NCBI GenBank assembly: GCA_973851085.1
Contig: OZ316775.1
Span: 2,976,001-3,040,000 of the forward strand
Length of the DNA: 64,000 bases
Direction of reading: 5' to 3'
DNA from: Ptychomitrium polyphyllum
Lineage: Eukaryota
The notes under the pieces are model-generated. The model ran no database searches. It saw only the letters and a program-made list of their open reading frames with translations, and was not told the origin of the DNA. This document shows, one piece after another, positions 53,586 through 64,000 of this stretch. Each line of letters begins with the position of its first letter. The stretch's first letter is position 1. The translations under genes and the position numbers were made by a program.

Positions 53586-54830
53586 TGTTGTGATGTATTT
53601 AATTGTAAAGTTTAAAACTTAGCTATTATTTAGTATTCTATGGATTTTAATTAGGAAAAAAATACTATAAAAAAAAATATTGATAAAAAAGATCATTGTG
53701 AAACTACAATTTTATTTATCTTAGAAGTAAAACTACATTTTGTCTTTGCTCAAGGTGAATATGCCAATTGACTGTTGTTTTTTTTCTTGCCTATCATTCT
53801 CGCTAGCAATATCAAGCCAAATATTGTTGTTTAACTCAACAAATTCAACAAGAATTGAACTTGGACCAATTCAATAGCTGCAACTTATCCAATTAATTAA
53901 GTTTATGACTTGGTATTTCATCATACTTTGACAATAACTTTATTCTTACCTTGTTTTTTTTTTTCCTACTTTGGATTTGTAAGTATTGGTTTTGTTTTCT
54001 TTTGAAGTTTGAATGTACAAGTTTCTACCAAAGAAAAGAAACAAAAAATAAAATTAAAAATTATTTAAATTATTTTTTGTGAAAATATGAAGAAATAAGG
54101 ATTGATGTAGAGAGATAAGGGCTTGATGTAAAAAAATAAAGGGCCTGATGTAGAAAGATAAAGGGCGGATGTGGTTGTTTGACCACCGCCCTCTTCTTTT
54201 CTCTAAGCATCTTCTACTTATATAAAAGGTAGTCATTTTCTTAGCAATAATTCATTATGTACTTTTTAGTTTAAATTTATTGTTATTGGTTGTATTTTTT
54301 CTTTTATAAGCTATTTAGAAAGCCATTATAAGCTCCATTTGGAATTAGTATGTAATCATAGTGTTACTTCAAATAAAGTTGGATCCATTGCCTTGAGTTT
54401 TGGAGAGCAACTACTTTGAGAACTTATAGCTTTATGTAAAAATGAATTTTGATGATGAAATTTAAAAGGTAATATTTTTATTACTTAAAAATAATAGTGT
54501 AAGAATTTGAAGAGGAAAAATTTCTACAATAAGAGATATAAGAGAAAGTATAATCAAGATTTTGAAAATCAATACATAGCAAAGTTTGGATAGCACGTTT
54601 TAGTTAATAAAAGAAGTTAGAAGACGAGTTTGAGTGTGAAATTTGATAGACTTATAATTGACAAGAGAATTAAAGCATGTATTAAATTTTGAAGTCTTAA
54701 TTCAAAGTTCTGAAAGAGATGTGAAAACTAGAAGTGGCAGGGGTATAAAATTAATAGTTGTAGATAGAAATTTGTATTATACCATCTTATTGTTGTTGAA
54801 TGATTAGTAGCAGTGTTTTTTTATCACAAA
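53586..54830 (+). mobile_element. Non-coding insertion, family D, in the chromovirus integrase
   Basis: Starts tgttgtgatgta.ttaattgta.agtttaaaactt like 59848; splits the host EF..NNVH|ASIQ..FYSNYGHH motif. Confidence 0.75.
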
Positions 54831-56760
54831 AATATGAACGTTGTTGTTGTTATCAAACTCAACTAATGTCAAATAAGAAGTCCAATCATCTTATTGATTG
54901 CTGATGGTCAACCTTAGATATTGCTCCAAGATTTGGTTGACTTGCTCTGTTTGGCCACTGGTTTGATAATAGAAGTTAGAATAGAGACTAATATCCACCT
55001 TAAGGATTTCAAAGACCAACTTCCAAAATCTTGATACAAATTGTGGCCCACAATTTGATATAATATTGTCAAGTAATCTATAGTAGTGGTAGATATTATC
55101 CATAAAGAGTGATAGCTTTTTTGTCCATAATTGTCTTCTTTTAAGACCTAAAGTGTGCCATTTTAGTCAATCAATCTACCATTGCAAAGATGGTATCAAA
55201 AAAAATCAAGAGTAAAAGATCTGTAATGAAATCCATGGAAATAAACAACAATGGTTGCTTTAGAATAGGTAATGGTTGGAAATGTTTTTATGGGCATTGT
55301 CAAGGGTTCTTCTATTGAGAGCATGTAACATACAAGACTACAGGCTTCCAAATGACCTTCCACATTTAAAGCCACCAAAGGTCTTAAGAGCAAAGTTTCA
55401 CTGTTTTATTGAATCCAAACTGTAAAGCCATAAAAAAATTATGACATATTTAAAGTACATAAAGGGCAGGGTAGCCCTTTAGGAATATATAGGTATTCTT
55501 CAAAGAATAGAAGGTTGTTCTTGAATTTGAATTTAGACACAATTTTGGGAATTTTGAGAATATTGTTGGAACAACATTTGATATTATGAACAAGAGGGTT
55601 TGTGGTAGCTGTTACATGAACTTAATCAAATAATGATGAATCCATTGGAGTTGAAATAGTAATTGTGCGTATATAAGATTATTCAAGCTTTAATAATATT
55701 ATTGTTCTTGATTACGTTTTTCTTGTTTTTCCTTTGGCACAAGATAGGATCATTTAGACAAATTATTTGACAACCTTTGCTATTTTTCCGATCAATATGT
55801 AATGCAAAAATCAAATTGATATAGAAACATACTCCAACAAGCTTGGCAACAATTCAAAACATAGGTTGATATGAAATATTCAAGGTTATTTTTATTTATA
55901 TATATAATATATAGATGCATGGTACCTTTAAAGAAGTGGCGCCATACTTAGAAGGAATCCACAATTGCAAGGAATTCCTTGTTATGGATCTTATTGTTGA
56001 TTTTTATAGCAGAAATTATATTGGAATGGAATGCAACCGGATGGAATCTGCCCTGTTTTCTTGGTTGTGATAAAACTATTCCTAATGCAAAATTAAAAGC
56101 ATTCATTTCCATATTATATAGCTTTAAAAAATCTAGATAGATTAAAATTGGAGCTATGATAAAAGCTTATTTCAAACTTTGGAATGTAATTTTGGCATCC
56201 AATTTTCACTCAAGTTTTTTCTTGCATGTTAGTCACGTAGGTGGCCCAACTGTTTGAAATCAGCTTTTGATGAAGATCTTGTAAAAATTTGCAAATCCAA
56301 AAAAACATTGAACATCACGTATTGATTTTAATCTTGTCCAATTATTGATTGCTTTGACTTTCTTTTTATCCATCAATAATCTTTTATTGGAGATGAAATA
56401 ACAAGGAATGCTACTTGAGGCTTGTAGAAGATACATTTTTCTAGCTTGGCATATAATCCAACAACTTGTAGCCTTTTGAAGACTATGTCTATATGTCCTT
56501 CATGCTCTTCTGGATTCTTTGAATATATTAAGATATCATTCAAATAGCGTACAACAAAGTCATCAAGTTATTTGCAAAATGTATCATTCATCTTAAAGTG
56601 TTGGAAAATGGCAAATGCATTGATAAGTCCAAAAGGCATAACATTGTATTCAAAATGTCCATACCTTGTTCAAAATGTTGTCTTCCATTTGTTTCCTTCT
56701 TTGATGTATACCAAGTTATGGGCTCTTCACAAATTTATTTTGGTATAGATATTTGTTTAG

Positions 56761-58031
56761 TGTGAGCCTAATAAAATTCCCCGCTAATTGAATGCCCTAC
56801 AATGGTTCACACAATATTTCTTTTAATTTTGTCAATCATTCAAGTTTGCATTTTGTAGTCCAATATAGTTTTTTACCCTAATTATTTAATAGCTAAGTTT
56901 CATCATTTATATAAAAATTGTTCCACAAATTCCTGTAGTGTAGTCAGACTTTCAAAATTCATATATAATTCATTATAGATCCAAATGCCATGATTTAAAT
57001 GGCATTAGAAAGATAACAGCAAAGGCTATGAGATTAAAATATTATAATAAAAGTTGACAAAAATCTAAGCTACTGATCAACATTCAGCTGTGGTTTATTG
57101 GATTTTCCAATTTCAACTTCCCACAACAAGGCTAACTTTCTAAATTCCATAAGTAATTCACTACAATTCCAAATTGAGTGTTCTAAATGGTATTGGAAAA
57201 CTAATAATAAGGTTTACCATAATATGAAATGAAATGAATGACTATTTCAAAATTCAAGGACTAATCAGGGTGTGTGGCTTACTAGATTAGTGGTTTTTGC
57301 CACTTTAATCCTAGATATACGCCTCCAAATTCTAGATCAGCAAATTAACTTCAAAATCTCTTAAAAAAATTTTATAAGCAAACTCTACTTCTATCTATGA
57401 AGAAAATTGGTAAAAAAGCAAGAGAAGAAAAAAATAAGGCTTCTAGGTAAGAAATGAGAGAGGAATGAAAATATCCAATAAAAAATAAAATGAGAGGAAT
57501 CCCCTTTATCTTGTCTCCTTCCTTCAACTTGTTCTAACTGTTATGAGACTTTTTAATTGGCGTTGCTATGTCGTAATGCTGCATCAATTTGCTCCACCAA
57601 CCTTAGATATAATTTTAAGGCCTTCTAGCCTTAATTAACTAACACTTAATTATCACCTGATATAATTTAGAATTCCTAATTCAATACTTAATTGGAGCTT
57701 ATTTCTTGTTTTTCTCTATATCATGCCTTGTTCTTCTTTTACTAGTGAAAAATTTCTCTACCTTCATTTAATTTAAATTCCAATTTAACTTAAAACTACC
57801 AATCAATCTAGGTTGGAAAAATTGTCCATCTTTTCTTAATTCAGCCGATTCCTTGTTTTTAATAAATGTAAACTTCTAATAACTATTTAATTTTCATATA
57901 AAATTCCTTAAGAGCTAATTCCTTTGTACATGAAGCCCCTTAGCCTTGTTTAGGCCTAATTTCAATTAATAACATCATTTTTCATCAGTTTTAAGCAAAA
58001 ACAACAAAATAAATTCATTCTACTGCTTACA
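56761..58031. mobile_element. Solo LTR-like insertion (family C) in the chromovirus RT
   Basis: TGTGAG...CTTACA termini; near-perfect TSD tttag/cttag; interrupts the RT segment NQLS..|..YTKINL. Confidence 0.8.
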
Positions 58032-59847
58032 CTTAGCTAAGTTGATTAAAAAGTCCAAATATTAGCTACAATAGATATTGATTCTTCAATGTAACTTTAT
58101 TGAGGCTGCGGCAATCAATACACTTTGTATAGATCCATCTTTCTTCTTTGCAAAAAGTATTGGAACATTAGTAGGAGATTTTGAATCTTGAATGAAGTTC
58201 TTGACTAAGTTTCATCAATATGCTCTGTTAATACTGAAAGCTTGTTTTGAAACAAGTTATAAATAGGTCCAAATGGTGGTTGACCGTCCTTCTAAAAATC
58301 AAGGGTACAATCGTAGGAATGACGTTTTGAAAGAATGTGTGCATTCTTTTTTTGAAGACATATTTTGAAATTCTTTGAATTTTTTCTCTAAAATGATTAA
58401 TGATGAAGCCATATATTTGGGCGTTGGATTTGCATAAATGGCAAAAAAGTGTTATTTTTGACGCCTTTATAAATATCCTAGTTCCAATAAAGAGAAGCTT
58501 TATGGTCTTAGATTTATAAAATGCGTGAGTTTTGTTTTTAGGCATGGCAGTTCCAAGTTCTAGTGTGGAAAATTCTATTCTATAAAACGCCCAATTTATA
58601 TGTAGGCTATATTTTTTGAACCAAGAAAGCCTTAGAATGATAAGGCTTGATAGAGATCTAATGACATGAAATACTATAAGGCTATTATGGTTATTCAATG
58701 TTACTTTTAATGAGGTGGTTTCATGAATAACATTTCCAAAGAATAAATGACAATTATCTAAATTTCTATATAGATAGACTTAAGCTTTATAATAAAAAGA
58801 ATCTTATGGATTTTTAATTTTTTTATATTAATAAAACAAAGAGAAGTCTTCAAATCCATTAGAATAAGGATTTTGAACATTCAAACAAACAAAAATATTA
58901 AAATAAGAAGAAAGATGAACTAATAGGATATGTTCTTTTTTTGATTGCAAATAAACTTGTTACTTCTCTTGTTTAGATATGGCTTTTAGGGAAGATGAAG
59001 TGTTGAGGATCACTAAATAAATTTATGGTGGAAACTTCTACTAGTGGAAGGTGAAGATGGAATTTTTTTTTGGCTTCTTTGGACCTTTGGAACATTGTAG
59101 ATAAGAGTGAGGTTGCTTTACTTTTAAAACCCAATTCAAAGAAAAAGAAGGAATTCTAATATTGTAATAAGAAGGCTTTTGGCATTTTTTCCAACAACCT
59201 TGACAATGCTAACTTTTGTCCACATCATCTCTTATAAAGGTCAAACATAAGTGTAGAAGACTCTGTACAAGATCTATAAAAGCAAGAACCTCTTCAAAAA
59301 CATTTTTACAAGGAAGAAGTTGTTAACTTGTAAGATGAAAGAAGGAGATGATTTCATAGTGCACGTCAAGAAGTTGAAGGCCCTTGCAAGACAACTTGTC
59401 ATTGTGGACAAGCCATTGGAAGATTTAGATGTTGTGATTACATTGCTTATGAACTTACTAGAATCCTATAGCTACTCCATAGTAGCTTTGAAGTTCATTC
59501 TCATAAAGGACCTCACCATGGTTTATGTGACAACAAGACTAAGCTACAAGGAAACTAAAAAAAAGGAAAAGAGGACTTTGAATGAAGATTCGGCCCTCTT
59601 TTCAAGGCAAGGCAAGGAGACCTATTCTATTCAAAATGCCAAATTAAAAACTTGTTTTCTTTTTTTGTAGAAAACCACGTTACTTTGCTTGAAATTGCTA
59701 CAAGGCTAAGAAAGGAGAAAAGGAGGATGCCAACCATGTGATGGATTACCTTAGAGGATGTGGTTGCCTTCATAACAAGAAAAAGGGCACTTATAGTGGC
59801 ACCTTTCAAGTAAATAGTTGATTTGGACGCCACAAAGCTTATGACCC

Positions 59848-62026
59848 TGTTGTGATGTAATTAATTGTATAGTTTAAAACTTGAGTAGTATTTGTTGTTT
59901 TGTATATATAGAAAAGAATATTAGGAAGAAAAAAAAAATTAGATTAAAATAAAGGTCGTGGTGAAACCACAATATTTATTTATCTTGGAGGTGGAATTGC
60001 ATTTTGTCTTAGCTCAAGATGATTAGGCCGGTTGACTGTAATATTTTGTGCCTGCCGTTTTTGCTAGCAGTACCAAGTCAAGTGTTGCCGTTCTACTCAA
60101 CAAATTTGACAAGAATCGAACTTGGACCGGTTCAGCAGCTGAAACTTATCTAGTCAACCAAGTTCTTGACTTGGTGTCTGAACCTACCTCGACAATGGTT
60201 TTATTCTTAACTTGTTTCTTGTTGAATTTCAATCTTTTCCTTACTTTTTTTAATTTATTTCAATTTTTTTTAATTTCTATTTTAGACTTGTGAAGGTTGA
60301 TTTTATCTTCTTTGTAGTTGGTGTCACAAACATAGATCATACAACATAGTCCTTAGAACATTCTAGAACCTTTTAGTATACTATAATAGCTTCTTAGAAT
60401 ACTTTTAGATGTCTCCATAGTCTTTTCCATGTTCTTAGGAAGCTTCCTAGGAAAGTCCCTCCATTTTAGGAAACTTCCTAGGAAGCTTCTATTATCTTAG
60501 GTAACTTCCTAGGAAACTTCCTATGAAGATTCCATCACCTTAGAAAACTTCCTAGGAAGGTTCCATCATTTTAGGAAACTCCCTAGGAAGGTTCTACCTC
60601 TTTAGGAAACTTCCTAAGAAGGTTCCACTACCTTAGGAAACTTCCAAGGAAGGTTCCAACTCCTTGAAAGCTTCTTAGGAAGGTTCCAACATCTTAGGAA
60701 ACTTCTTGGGAAGGTTCCTTAGACTTCCATAACATTCTTAAGCCTTGTAGGAAGCTTCTTTAGAAGTATCCTAGGAGATACAACGTCATAGTATAAATAG
60801 GAGGCAAGACAAGGTATTCCTTAGTCTTGCCAACACAAGTTGTGGATCATTTTGAATCCTGCCTTCTTCTAGTCTTTGTATCAAGTTCTTGTTAATCATT
60901 AGCTCTTTGGAAGCTAATTCTTGGGAAACACTTCGTTTCTGCTTCTTGTTTCTTGTGTCCCTAACAGTTGGAACCTAGAAGTTTCAATCAAAAGAAAGAA
61001 AAGAAAGAAAAGTAAAAGAAAGGGATTTAGATTTGATAATATATGGTTTGATAAGGATTTAATAAAGGAGATTAGGGGTTGATGTGGAGAGATATAGTTG
61101 ATGTGGAGAGATAAGGGGCGGATGTGGCGGTTTGACCACCGCCGTCTTCTTCTCTCTCGACCTCTCCCACTAGAATAAAAAGGTAGCCATTTTTTGGGTG
61201 AGATCTCATAGTATACTTTTTAGTTTGAGTTAATTTTTGTTGGATTTTTTTTCTTTTTTCTTTGTAAGCTTTTCTAAAAGCCATCACACGCTCCATTTGA
61301 AGTTAGTATGTGGTCGTGGCTTTAGTTTGAGTAAAGTTAGATTAGCTGCCTTGAGTTTATGAGGCAGCTAGTTTGAATTTTTTTAACTTCTTGTAGAAAC
61401 GTCTTTTATAAATGAAATTTTTAGAAAAAAGTTTTGATTATTTTGGAAAGATGGTGTTAAAATTTGGTGAGCATTGAATTTTTTGAGCAAAAGATACAAA
61501 AACAAATGTAACCGGGACATAGAAGGCAGTGTACAGTAGAGTTTGGGGTTGTACAATTTGGATCATTATAGATGATAGAAGGGTTTTCTAAGGTTGGTCT
61601 TTTAACAAGGTGTTTATTATAGGATATATAATATGTACACAAAATTCAAAGTTTGAATTTATCATAAAAGAAGAGTTATGAAGTGATAAAGTGATAGGGG
61701 TATAGGAGCAGTAGTAATGAAGAATGTAAACTTTGAAGTTATGGATCTTAGAAAATACTAAGGATTTGGCAACTAAAATTTAAAAATAGCCTACTAAATC
61801 TCTTAAAAAGATTTTATTAAAATTTTAGGTTATTTGAATTAGTTTGCTAGAAGTTATGACATATTTAGCATTCGGGATTTTCAAGGCAGCATAGAGGGAA
61901 AATTTGAGGTAGGGTATTTGCTTCATTGGGTATTAGAAATAGAAACTCTTCATGCATCTTGACCTTGATCAATTAGATGCTAAAAAAGACCCTATGTTTC
62001 CTACAGCTACCACTCTCATCACGATA
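59848..62026 (+). mobile_element. Family D insertion in the Copia protease, containing a nested solo LTR
   Basis: Terminal inverted ends tgttgtgatg...catcacgata; flanks accc/acgc; similar to 53586-54830. Confidence 0.75.
60322..60966 (+). mobile_element. Solo LTR (family E) with internal tandem array and TATA box
   Basis: TGTCA...TAACA; perfect TSD GTTGG (60317-60321, 60967-60971); ~33-bp AGGAAACTTCCTAGGAAGGTTCC units ~60430-60770; TATAAATA at ~60792. Confidence 0.9.
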
Positions 62027-62150
62027 ACGCTTTACAAGTGTTCATTTCATATTTTTGAGACAATTTCAAACATCAGTATGCTCATAGGTGATAATAACGT
62101 GGTAGAAGCCATTGGAATAGACTCCATTGTAATGGAGATTGTTGTAGCGC

Positions 62151-63706
62151 TGTCATGGTAAATGAGCCTTGTTTTAAAAAAATACTAGTCTTCTGACTGC
62201 TATTAATCATTCAACAAGTTGGCAAGATGGTATTTACCTAGTTATTTAAGTGAAAAAGTTCTTTGATCATTCTTTTTAAGCTTTGTAAAGATCACAATTC
62301 AAACCCAAACCATAACTACATACTGCCATTATAAAGCTGCTTACAATTTTGTTCATATTTCCTATTATAAAATTTGATGAACCTAATATTTTGACACTAT
62401 GTTTTTAACGCATTTATAAAATTATAGTAATAATTTCATAACCACAGCTACTATAAGCATTGAAAACCATGCTTTCAAAGTTCTTACTTCCCACTGCCAC
62501 AGCTCGTGGACCCCCTCTATTTTATTACTTCATAACTTCTTTTCTATTACAAATCTAAATTTAAAGCTTTATATACACATTACTCATCTTATAATAAACA
62601 CTATCTTAAAATATCATCTTCAAAAACCCGTTCAATCTTCTTTTATAGCCGAAAATATAAAACTCCAACTCTGCTCTATCCAGCTTTCAAAGTTCCGACG
62701 ACATTTTTTCTTATATCTTCTACTATACAAGCCTTTTATTCTCCAAAGTTTTAAAACATCATCTTAAAAAAGTGAAAATACTACTTTTTAAACTTAATTA
62801 CCAAATTTCCAAATACACAAAAAGTTATAGGCACCTAAAGCAACTGCTCCCTAAAATTGACTCAACTTCATTCAAATTAGAGCCACAACCACATACTAAT
62901 TCCAAATGGAGCGTGTAATAATATTTTGGAAAGCTAACAAAGAAAAAAAGAATATCCATTAAAAATCAATTCAAATTAAAAAATGTAATATGAGATATGA
63001 TCAAAGGAAAGGCTGCCTTAAGTAACAAGTGGGAGAGGCCGAGAAAGAAGAAGAAGGTGGTGGTCAAACTGCCACATCCGCCTCTTATCACTCCACACTA
63101 GCCTTATCTTTCTACATCAGCCTCTAATTTCCTTTGCCTAGTCCTTATTTAACCATATTTTTAAATAAAAAACAACCTAAATCATTTTTTTTTGCTTTTC
63201 TTTCTTTTCTCTTATTTTGTTGAAACTTCTAGGTTCCAAACTACAAAGGAAAACAAAACCAATCCTTACAAATTTAAAGTAGGAAATTTAAACTAAAATA
63301 AAAAGAAAAAAATAGAAAAAAGATTGAAGTTCAATGAATATAAAGTCACTATTGAAGCAAAATCAAACACCAAGCCACAAACTTGGTTGACTGGATAAAA
63401 TTCAACTGCAAAATTGGTCCGAGTTTGATTCTTGTTGGATTTGTTAACTAAGATGGCGGCACTTGGCTTATTACTGCTAGTGAGAACGGCAAACAGAATA
63501 ACACAATCAATCGGCGCCTTTACCATGAATTAAGACAAAATGTAGTTCTACCTCTAAAATACTAAAAATTGTGGTTTCACCACGATCCTTTTCACCTAAA
63601 TTCCCTTTTCATCCTAGTATTCCTTTTTAAAACACAATAAATCAAAATCCACAAAATAATACATATTAGCTAAGTTTTAAGCCATATAATTATTTACAGT
63701 ACAATA
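62151..63706 (-). mobile_element. Family D insertion, reverse orientation
   Basis: 4-bp TSD GCGC; removal restores the Copia frame VMEIVVA|RKTKTITFKDVFQVP; reverse complement matches the 59848 copy (e.g. gcggatgtggc.gtttgaccacc). Confidence 0.8.
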
Positions 63707-64000
63707 GCGCGCAAGACCAAGACAATCACCTTCAAGGACGTGTTCCAAGTGCCAAAGATGAAGTCCAATCTCCTCTTGGTTAGCAAATTTGTGATGAGAG
63801 GGTTTGTGGTCCATTTCTATATAAATGGATGTGTTGTGAAGTCATTGGATGGAGATATTGTTGCCACAAGCTTCAAAGATGAGAACTTGTACTTCATCAA
63901 GTGTAAGAAAGTACATGGAGTAGAAGTGGTAGCTTCTGTTGAATTTATTCAAAATGAAGTTAAGTTTGGCATTTGGCATTTAGGCATTTAAATGTCAAGG

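Larger units (their letters stand above)
52024..58760 (-). mobile_element. Degenerate chromodomain-bearing Ty3/Gypsy element (chromovirus), 5'-truncated; 3' LTR 52379-52024
   Basis: Minus strand: protease-end LIILRLSWFKKYSLHINW; RT NVMPFGL and YLND (~56540); RNase H KEFLAIVDSF; integrase QFVSRFWK, QTSGQTEQVNQILEQYLR; chromodomain RGRLEYLVHWGGYDINGRTW (52933-53142); polypurine tract GAAGGGGAGG abuts the LTR TG at 52379. Confidence 0.9.
58979..64000 (+). mobile_element. Degenerate Ty1/Copia element (gag, protease, pre-integrase), runs off the window
   Basis: GGNFY*WKVKME; UBN2-like CKMKEGDD..HVKKLKALARQL..VVITLLMNLLESY; protease DATKLMTP; KDVFQVPKMKSNLLLVSK; pre-integrase NLYFI...IWHLG. Confidence 0.85.

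Noticed and set aside
60430..60770. Palindromic repeat array resembling CRISPR
   Set aside because: Intervening sequences are short and similar to each other; the array lies inside a TSD-flanked LTR.

Overview
Eukaryotic plant genomic DNA, most consistent with a moss (Physcomitrium-like; inferred from gene style and TE families). Three intron-containing host genes sit in GC-richer islands: a class I LBD/LOB transcription factor (+), a SETD6/RKM3-like SET lysine methyltransferase (-) and a group I two-domain WRKY factor (-). They are separated by very AT-rich, decayed and nested retrotransposon sequence. The standout is a degenerate Ty3/Gypsy element (~21.6-32.3 kb). Its polyprotein reads Gag-protease-[DNMT3-like C5 cytosine methyltransferase]-RT-RNaseH-integrase-[PHD finger], so it carries both a putative DNA-methylation writer and a histone reader. 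A second RT fragment of the same family lies at ~0.7-1.7 kb. The right end holds a chromodomain Gypsy element, a Copia element and several solo-LTR-like insertions. All translations and alignments were done by eye, and TE boundaries are approximate unless a TSD is quoted.
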